The notes under the pieces: generated by a model
Database searches by the model: none
Told to the model about the DNA's origin: nothing
What the model saw: only the letters and a program-made list of their open reading frames with translations
Position numbers and translations under genes: made by a program
Part shown: positions 54,201 through 64,000 of the stretch, one piece after another
Position numbering within the stretch: the first letter of the stretch is position 1
Layout of the letters: each line of letters opens with the position of its first letter
From: Antedon mediterranea
Lineage: Eukaryota > Animalia > Echinodermata
Direction: 5' to 3'
Assembly (NCBI RefSeq): GCF_964355755.1
Contig: NC_092677.1
Location: 21,129,175-21,193,174 of the forward strand
Length of the DNA: 64,000 bases

Positions 54201-55500
54201 CACCAAAGTGCTCAGAAAAGCTTCAAATCGCATTTGGAGACGTTTTAAACCATTTTGTTCATTTCGATGAAACTTGGTTACACAAAAACATCAAAGAGCA
54301 CAAAAGTATTTAAAAACGTTTTAGACCATTTTGAGCATTCCGACAAAACTTTTTCACACAAAACATCAAAGTGTACAGAATAGCTTTAAATCGCATTTGG
54401 AGACGTTTTAGACCATTTTGTAGTTTTCGAAAAAACTTGTTAACATAAAAACACAAAAGAGCTTCAAATCGCATTTGGAGACGTTTTAGACCCTTTTGTG
54501 CATTTCGATGAAACTTGGTTACACAAAAACATCAAAGTGCATAAAATCACATTAGAAACCGTTTTAGACCATTTTGAGCATTTCGTTAAAACTTTTCACA
54601 CAAAAACATCAAAGTCCACAAAATAGCTTAATATCGTATTCAAAAACGTTTTAGACCATTTTGAGCATTTCGAAAAAACTTTTTCACACAAAACATCAAA
54701 GTTTACAAAATAGCTTCAAATCGCATTTGGAGACGTTTTAGACCATTTTGTGATTTTCGAAAAAAACTTGTTAACATAAAAACACCAAAGTGCTCAGAAT
54801 ACCTTCCAATCGCATTTTGAGACGTTTTAGACCATTTTGTGATTTTCGAAAAAACAACATAAAAACACCAAAATGCTCAGAATACCTTCAAATCGCATTT
54901 GGAGACGTTTTAGACCATTTTGTGATTTTGGAAAAAACTTGTTAACATAAAAACACCAAAGTGCTTAGAAAAGCTTCAAATCGCATTTGGAGACGTTTTA
55001 GACCCTTTTGTGCATTTCGATGAAACTTGGTTACACAAAAACATCAAAGTGCTTAAAATCACAGTAGAAACCGTTTTAGACCATTTTGAGCATTTCGTTA
55101 AAATTTTTCACAGAAAAACATCAAAGAGCAAAAAATAGCTTAATATCGTATTTAAAAACGTTTTAGACCATTTTGAGCATTTCGACAAAACTTTTTCACA
55201 CAAAACATCAAAGTGTACAGATAAGCTTCAAATCGCATTTGGAGACGTTTTAAACCATTTTGAGCATTTCGATAAAATTTTACACACAAAAACATCAAAG
55301 TGCACAAAATAGCTTAATATGGTATTTAAAAACGTTTTAGACCATTTTGAGCATTTCAACAAAACTTTTTCTCACAAAACATCAAAGTGTACAGAATAGC
55401 TTCAAATCGCATTTGGAGACGTTTTAGACCATTTTGTGCATTTCGATGAAACTTGGTTACACAAAAACATCAAAGTGCTTAAAATCACATTTTGAGCAAT
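48300..55500 (+). repeat. ~3-kb block duplicated at offset 4289
   Basis: CACAGTAGAA occurs at 50771 and 55060, and GATAAGCTTC at 50931 and 55220. A partial third copy is at 58461/58621. Confidence 0.8.
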
Positions 55501-58500
55501 TCGTTAAAACTTTTCACACAAAAACATCAAAGAGCAAAAAATAGCTTAATATCGTATTTAAAAACGTTTTAGACCATTTTGAGCATTTCGACAAAACTTT
55601 TTCACACAAAACATCAAAGTTTACAAAATAGCTTCAAATCGCATTTGGAGACGTTTTAGACAATTTTGTGATTTTCGAAAAAACTTGTTTACATAAAAAC
55701 ACCAAAGTGCTAAGAATAGCTTCCAATCGCATTTGGAGACGTTTTAGACCCTTTTGTGCATTTCGAAAAAACTTGTTAACATAAAAACACCAAAGTGCTT
55801 AGAAAAGCTTGAAATCGCATTTGGAGACGTTTTAGACCATTTCGTGCATTTCGATAAAACTTGGTTAAAGTGCTTAAAATCACATTTTGAGCATTTCGTT
55901 AAAACTTTTCACACAAAAACATCAAAGAGTAAAAAATAGCTTAATATCGTATTTAAAAACGTTTTAGACCATTTTGAGCATTTCGACAAAATTTTTTCAC
56001 ACAAAACATCAAAGTGTACAGAATAGCTTTAAATCGCATTTGGAGACGTTTTAGACCATTTTGTGCATTTCGATGAAACTTGGTTAAAGTGCTTAAAATC
56101 ACATTTTTAGCATTTCGTTAAAACTTTTCACACAAAAACATCAAAGTCCACAAAATAGCTTAATATCTTATTTAAAAACGTTTTAGACCATTTTGAGCAT
56201 TTCGAAAAAACTTTTTCACACAAAACATCAAAGTTTACAAAATAGCTTCAAATCGCATTTGGAGACGTTTTAGACCATTTTGTGATTTTCGAAAAAACTT
56301 GTTAACATAAAAACACCAAAGTGCTCAGAATACCTTCAAATCGCATTTGGAGACGTTTTAGACCATTTTGTGATTTTCGAAAAAACTTGTTAACATAAAA
56401 ACACCAAAGTGCTTAGAAAAGCTTCAAATCGCATTTGGAGATGTTTTAGACCATTTTGTGCATTTCGATGAAACTTGGTTACACAAAAACATCAAAGTGC
56501 TTAAAATCACATTTTGAGCATTTCGTTAAAACTTTTCACACAAAAACATCAAAGTCCACAAAATAGCTTAATATCGTATTTAAAAACGTTTTAGACCATT
56601 TTTAGCATTTCGAAAAAACTTTTCCACACAAAACATCAAAGTTTACAAAATAGCTTCAAATCGCATTTGGAGACGTTTTAGACCATTTTGTGATTTTCGA
56701 AAAAACTTGTTAACATAAAAACACCAAAGTGCTCAGAATACCTTCAAATCGTGTTTTGAGACGTTTTAGACCATTTTGTAATTTTCGAAAAAACTTGTTA
56801 ACATAAAAACACCAAAGTGCTCAGAATACCTTCACATCGCATTTTGAGACGTTTTAGACCATTTTGTGATTTTCGAAAAAACTTGTTAACATAAAAACAC
56901 CAAAGTGCTTAGAAAAGCTTGAAATCGCATTTGGAGACGTTTTAGACCATTTTGTGCATTTCGATGAAACTTGGTTACACAAAAACATCAAAGTGCTTAA
57001 AATCACATTTTGAGCATTTCGTTAAAACTTTTCACACAAAAACATCAAAGAGTAATAAATAGCTTAATATCGTATTTAAAAACGTTTTAGACCATTTTGA
57101 GCATTTCGACAAAATTTTTTCAAACAAAACATCAAAGTGTACAGAATAGCTTTAAATCGCATTTGGAGACGTTTTAGACCATTTTGTTCATTTCGATGAA
57201 ACAAAAACACAAAAACATCAAATTGCACAAAATGGCTTAATATGATATGGGAAAACGTTTTAGACCATTTTGAACATTTCGTTAAAAGTTTTCACACAAA
57301 AACATCAAAGTCCACAAAATAGCTTAATATCGTATTTAAAAACGTTTTAGACCATTTTGAGCATTTCGAAAAAACTTTTTCACACAAAACATCAAAGTTT
57401 ACAAAATAGCTTCAAATCGCATTTGGAGACGTTTTAGACCATTTTGTGATTTTCGAAAAAACTTGTTAACATAAAAACACCAAAGTGCTCAGAATACCTT
57501 CAAATCGCATTTTGAGACGTTTTAGACCATTTTGTGATTTTCGAAAAAACTTGTTAACATAAAAACACCAAAGTGCTCAGAATACCTTCAAATCGCATTT
57601 GGAGATGTTTTAGACCATTTTGTGATTTTCGTAAAAACTTGTTAACATAAAAACACCAAAGTGCTTAGAAAAGTTTCAAATCGCATTTGGAGACGTTTTA
57701 GACCATTTTGTTCATTTCGATGAAACTTGGTTACACAAAAACATCAAATTGCACAAAATGGCTTAATATGGTATGGGAAAACGTTTTAGACCATTTTGAA
57801 CATTTCGAGAAAACTTTTTCACACAAAACTTCAAAGTGTACAGAATAGCTTCAAATCGCATTAGAAACCGTTTTAGACCATTTTGAGCATTTCGAAAAAA
57901 CTTTTTCACACAAAACATCAAAGTTTACAAAATAGCTTCAAATCACATTTGGAGACGTTTTAGACCATTTTGTGATTTTCAAAAAAACTTGTTAACATAA
58001 AAACACCAAAGTGCTCAGAATACCTTCAAATCGTATTTTGAGACGTTTTAGACAATTTTGTGATTTTCGAAAAAACTTGTTAACATAAAAACACCAAAGT
58101 GCTTAGAAAAGCTTCAAATCGCATTTGGAGACGTTTTAGACCATTTTGTGCATTTCGATGAAACTTGGTTACACAAAAACATCAAAGTGTACAGAATAGC
58201 TTCAAATCGCATTAGAAACCGTTTTAGACCATTTTGAGCATTTCGAAAAAACTTTTTCACACAAAACATCAAAGTGTACAAAATAGCTTCAAATCGCATT
58301 TGGAGACGTTTTAGACAATTTTGTGATTTTCGAAAAAACTTGTTTACATAAAAACACCAAAGTGCTCAGAATAGCTTCCAATCGCATTTTGAGACGTTTT
58401 AGACCCTTTTGTGCATTTCGATGAAACTTGGTTACACAAAAACATCAAAGTGCTTAAAATCACAGTAGAAACCGTTTTAGACCATTTTGAGCATTTCGTT

Positions 58501-59149
58501 AAAATTTTTCACAGAAAAACATCAAAGAGCAAAAAATAGCTTAATATCGTATTTAAAAACGTTTTAGACCATTTTGAGCATTTCGACAAAAATTTTTCAC
58601 ACAAAACATCAAAGTGTACAGATAAGCTTCAAATCGCATTTGGAGACGTTTTAAACCATTTTGAGCATTTCGATAAAATTTTACACACAAAAACATCAAA
58701 GTGCACAATATAGCTTAATATGGTATTTAAAAACGTTTTAGACCATTTTGAGCATTTCAACAAAACTTTTTCTCACAAAACATCAAAGTGTACAGAATAG
58801 CTTCAAATCGCATTTGGAGACGTTTTAGACCATTTTGTGCATTTCGATGAAACTTGGTTACACAAAAACATCAAAGTGCTTAAAATCACATTTTGAGCAT
58901 TTCGTTAAAACTTTTCACACAAAAACATCAAAGTCCACAAAATAGCTTAATATCGTATTTAAAAACGTTTTAGACCATTTTGAGCATTTCGAAAAAACTT
59001 TTTCACACAAAACATCAAAGTTTACAAAATAGCTTCAAATCGCATTTGGAGACGTTTTAGACCATTTTGTGATTTTCGAAAAAACTTGTTAACATAAAAA
59101 CACCAAAGTGCTCAGAATACCTTCAAATCGCATTTGGAGACGTTTTAGA

Positions 59150-62100
59150 CCATTTTGTGATTTTCGAAAAAACTTGTTAACATAAAAACACCAAAGTGCT
59201 TAGAAAAGCTTCAAATCGCATTTGGAGACGTTTTAGACCATTTTGTGCATTTCGATGAAACTTGGTTACACAAAAACATCAAAGTGCTTAAAATCACATT
59301 TTGAGCATTTCGTTAAAACTTTTCACACAAAAACATCAAAGTCCACAAAATAGCTTAATATCGTATTTAAAAACGTTTTAGACCATTTTGAGCATTTCGA
59401 AAAAACTTTTCCACACAAAACATCAAAGTTTACAAAATAGCTTCAAATCGCATTTGGAAACGTTTTAGACCATTTTGTGATTTTCGAAAAAACTTGTTAA
59501 CATAAAAACACCAAAGTGCTCAGAATACCTTCAAATCGTGTTTTGAGACGTTTTAGACCATTTTGTAATTTTCGAAAAAACTTGTTAACATAAAAACACC
59601 AAAGTGCTCAGAATACCTTCACATCGCATTTTGAGACGTTTTAGACCATTTTGTGATTTTCGAAAAAACTTGTTAACATAAAAACACCAAAGTGCTTAGA
59701 AAAGCTTGAAATCGCATTTGGAGACGTTTTAGACCATTTTGTGCATTTCGATGAAACTTGGTTACACAAAAACATCAAAGTGCTTAAAATCACATTAGAA
59801 ACCGTTTTAGACCATTTTGAGCATTTCGTTAAAACTTTTCACACAAAAACATCAAAGTCCACAAAATAGCTTAATATCGTATTTAAAAACGTTTTAGACC
59901 ATTTTGAGCATTTCGAAAAAACTTTTCCATACAAAACATCAAAGTTTACAAAATAGCTTCAAATCGCATTTGGAGACGTTTTAGACCATTTTGTGATTTT
60001 CGAAAAAACTTGTTAACATAAAAACACCAAAGTGCTCAGAATACCTTCAAATCGTATTTTGAGACGTTTTAGACAATTTTGTGATTTTCGAAAAAACTTG
60101 TTAACATAAAAACACCAAAGTGCTTAGAAAAGCTTCAAATCGCATTTGGAGACGTTTTAGACCATTTTGTGCATTTCGATGAAACTTGGTTACACAAAAA
60201 CATCAAAGTGCTTAAAATCACATTTTGAGCATTTCGTTAAAACTTTTCACACAAAAACATCAAAGAGCAAAAAATAGCTTAATATCGTATTTAAAAACGT
60301 TTTAGACCATTTTGAGCATTTCGACAAAACTTTTTCACACAAAACATCAAAGTGTACAAAATAGCTTCAAATCGCATTTGGAGACGTTTTAACCCATTTT
60401 GAGCATTTCGATAAAATTTTACACACAAAAACATCAAAGTCCACAAAATAGCTTAATATCGTATTTAAAAACGTTTTAGACCATTTTGAGCATTTCGAAA
60501 AAACTTTTCCACACAAAACATCAAAGTTTACAAAATAGCTTCAAATCGCATTTGGAGACGTTTTAGACCATTTTGTGATTTTCGAAAAAACTTGTTAACA
60601 TAAAAACACCAAAGTGCTCAGAATACCTTCAAATCGCATTTGAAGACGTTTTAGACCCTTTTGTGCATTTCGATGAAACTTGGTTACACAAAAACATCAA
60701 AGTGCTTAAAATCACATTAGAAACCGTTTTAGACCATTTTGAGCATTTCGTTAAAATTTTTCACAGAAAAACATCAAAGAGCAAAAAATAGCTTAATATC
60801 GTATTTAAAAACGTTTTAGACCATTTTGAGCATTTCGACAAAACTTTTTCACACAAAACATCAAAGTGTACAGAATAGCTTCAAATCGCATTTGGAGACG
60901 TTTTAACCCATTTTGAGCATTTCGATAAAATTTTACACACAAAAAAATCAAAGTGCACAAAATAGCTTAATATGGTATTTAAAAACGTTTTAGACCATTT
61001 TGAGCATTTCAACAAAACTTTTTCTCACAAAACATCAAAGTGTACAGAATAGCTTCAAATCGCATTTGGAGACGTTTTAGACCATTTTGTGCATTTCGAT
61101 GAAACTTGGTTACACAAAAACATCAAGGTGCTTAAAATCACATTTTGAGCATTTCGTTAAAACTTTTCACACAAAAACATCAAAGTCCACAAAATAGCTT
61201 AATATCGTATTTAAAAACGTTTTAGACCATTTTGAGCATTTCGAAAAAACTTTTCCACACAAAACATCAAAGTTTACAAAATAGCTTCAAATCGCATTTG
61301 GAGACGTTTTAGACCATTTTGTGATTTTCGAAAAAACTTGTTAACATAAAAACACCAAAGTGCTCAGAATACCTTCAAATCGCATTTGGAGACGTTTTAG
61401 ACCATTTTGTGATTTTCGAAAAAACTTTTTAACATAAAAACACCAAAGTGCTTAGAAAAGCTTCAAATCGCATTTGGAGACGTTTTAGACCATTTTGTGC
61501 ATTTCGATGAAACTTGGTTACACAAAAACATCAAAGTGCTTAAAATCACATTTTGAGCATTTCGTTAAAACTTTTCACACAAAAACATCAAAGTCCACAA
61601 AATAGCTTAATATCGTATTTAAAAACGTTTTAGACCATTTTGAGCATTTCGAAAAAACTTTTCCACACAAAACATCAAAGTTTACAAAATAGCTTCAAAT
61701 CGCATTTGGAGACGTTTTAGACCATTTTGTGATTTTCGAAAAAACTTGTTAACATAAAAACACCAAAGTGCTCAGAATACCTTCAAATCGTGTTTTGAGA
61801 CGTTTTAGACCATTTTGTAATTTTCGAAAAAACTTGTTAACATAAAAACACCAAAGTGCTCAGAATACCTTCACATCGCATTTTGAGACGTTTTAGACCA
61901 TTTTGTGATTTTCGAAAAAACTTGTTAACATAAAAACACCAAAGTGCTTAGAAAAGCTTGAAATCGCATTTGGAGACGTTTTAGACCATTTTGTGCATTT
62001 CGATGAAACTTGGTTACACAAAAACATCAAAGTGCTTAAAATCACATTAGAAACCGTTTTAGACCATTTTGAGCATTTCGTTAAAACTTTTCACACAAAA

Positions 62101-63590
62101 ACATCAAAGTCCACAAAATAGCTTAATATCGTATTTAAAAACGTTTTAGACCATTTTGAGCATTTCGAAAAAACTTTTCCATACAAAACATCAAAGTTTA
62201 CAAAATAGCTTCAAATCGCATTTGGAGACGTTTTAGACCATTTTGTGATTTTCGAAAAAACTTGTTAACATAAAAACACCAAAGTGCTCAGAATACCTTC
62301 AAATCGTATTTTGAGACGTTTTAGACAATTTTGTGATTTTCGAAAAAACTTGTTAACATAAAAACACCAAAGTGCTTAGAAAAGCTTCAAATCGCATTTG
62401 GAGACGTTTTAGACCATTTTGTGCATTTCGATGAAACTTGGTTACACAAAAACATCAAAGTGCTTAAAATCACATTTTGAGCATTTCGTTAAAACTTTTC
62501 ACACAAAAACATCAAAGAGCAAAAAATAGCTTAATATCGTATTTAAAAACGTTTTAGACCATTTTGAGCATTTCGACAAAACTTTTTCACACAAAACATC
62601 AAAGTGTACAAAATAGCTTCAAATCGCATTTGGAGACGTTTTAACCCATTTTGAGCATTTCGATAAAATTTTACACACAAAAACATCAAAGTCCACAAAA
62701 TAGCTTAATATCGTATTTAAAAACGTTTTAGACCATTTTGAGCATTTCGAAAAAACTTTTCCACACAAAACATCAAAGTTTACAAAATAGCTTCAAATCG
62801 CATTTGGAGACGTTTTAGACCATTTTGTGATTTTCGAAAAAACTTGTTAACATAAAAACACCAAAGTGCTCAGAATACCTTCAAATCGCATTTGAAGACG
62901 TTTTAGACCCTTTTGTGCATTTCGATGAAACTTGGTTACACAAAAACATCAAAGTGCTTAAAATCACATTAGAAACCGTTTTAGACCATTTTGAGCATTT
63001 CGTTAAAATTTTTCACAGAAAAACATCAAAGAGCAAAAAATAGCTTAATATCGTATTTAAAAACGTTTTAGACCATTTTGAGCATTTCGACAAAACTTTT
63101 TCACACAAAACATCAAAGTGTACAGAATAGCTTCAAATCGCATTTGGAGACGTTTTAACCCATTTTGAGCATTTCGATAAAATTTTACACACAAAAACAT
63201 CAAAGTGCACAAAATAGCTTAATATTATGGTATTTAAAAACGTTTTAGACCATTTTGAGCATTTCAACAAAACTTTTTCTCACAAAACATCAAAGTGTAC
63301 AGAATAGCTTCAAATCGCATTTGGAGACGTTTTAGACCATTTTGTGCATTTCGATGAAACTTGGTTACACAAAAACATCAAAGTGCTTAAAATCACATTT
63401 TGAGCATTTCGTTAAAACTTTTCACACAAAAACATCAAAGTCCACAAAATAGCTTAATATCGTATTTAAAAACGTTTTAGACCATTTTGAGCATTTCGAA
63501 AAAACTTTTCCACACAAAACATCAAAGTTTACAAAATAGCTTCAAATCGCATTTGGAGACGTTTTAGACCATTTTGTGATTTTCGAAAAA
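59150..63590 (+). repeat. Tandem duplication with 2252-bp period
   Basis: ACTTTTCCATAC occurs at 59921 and 62173, and TGAAGACG at 60641 and 62893 (both offset 2252). Ends are approximate. Confidence 0.85.
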
Positions 63591-64000
63591 ACTTGTTAAC
63601 ATAAAAACACCAAAGTGCTCAGAATACCTTCAAATCGTGTTTTGAGACGTTTTAGACCATTTTGTAATTTTCGAAAAAACTTGTTAACATAAAAACACCA
63701 AAGTGCTCAGAATACCTTCACATCGCATTTTGAGACGTTTTAGACCATTTTGTGATTTTCGAAAAAACTTGTTAACATAAAAACACCAAAGTGCTTAGAA
63801 AAGCTTGAAATCGCATTTGGAGACGTTTTAGACCATTTTGTGCATTTCGATGAAACTTGGTTAAAGTGCTTAAAATCACATTTTGAGCATTTCGTTAAAA
63901 CTTTTCACACAAAAACATCAAAGAGTAAAAAATAGCTTAATATCGTATTTAAAAACGTTTTAGGCCATTTTGAGCATTTCGACAAAATTTTTTCACACAA

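Larger units (their letters stand above)
14046..64000 (+). repeat. Tandem satellite DNA array, same family (right of the retroelement; runs off the window end)
   Basis: The same monomer family is continuous to the window end. Example monomer starts are 34671, 34747, 34834, 34912, 34990, 35077 and 35164 (lengths 76, 87, 78, 78, 87, 87). Confidence 0.99.

Noticed and set aside
63221-63232. Isolated micro-indels (AATATTATGG here; TTGTTAAAACAT ~17506; extra A ~35630)
   Set aside because: They are single small slippage events or sequencing errors with no further structure.
1-64000. CRISPR array (the repeat starts GTTTTAGA and has CAAAAC downstream, resembling type II repeats)
   Set aside because: The sequence between anchors is itself repeated, with no unique spacers, leader or cas genes. 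It is a tandem satellite.
1-64000. Assigning a species or a named satellite family
   Set aside because: I cannot support it without a database search.

Overview
This window is not a gene-dense prokaryotic region. About 99% of it is one head-to-tail, AT-rich (about 31-33% GC by hand count of two monomers) tandem satellite array. The basic monomer is 87-88 bp (e.g. GTTTTAGACCATTTTGTGATTTTCGAAAAAACTTGTTAACATAAAAACACCAAAGTGCTCAGAATACCTTCAAATCGCATTTGGAGAC), with recurrent 76-bp, 78-bp and fused 145-bp deletion variants, roughly 740 monomers in all and no inversion seen. Monomer types follow a constrained order (a variable higher-order repeat), and the array is a patchwork of nested duplications with offsets from 0.5 to 28 kb. 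The only non-satellite DNA is a 646-bp, 5'-truncated, apparently young non-LTR retrotransposon fragment (RTE-clade-like) on the minus strand at 13400-14045. It has a 10-bp target-site duplication, a (GA)n 3' tail, an unusual poly(A) tract at its 5' junction, and an empty paralogous site exactly one 524-bp repeat unit upstream. The picture fits eukaryotic (probably animal) centromeric or pericentromeric heterochromatin, but neither the organism nor centromere function can be established from sequence alone. All coordinates and offsets were read by eye.
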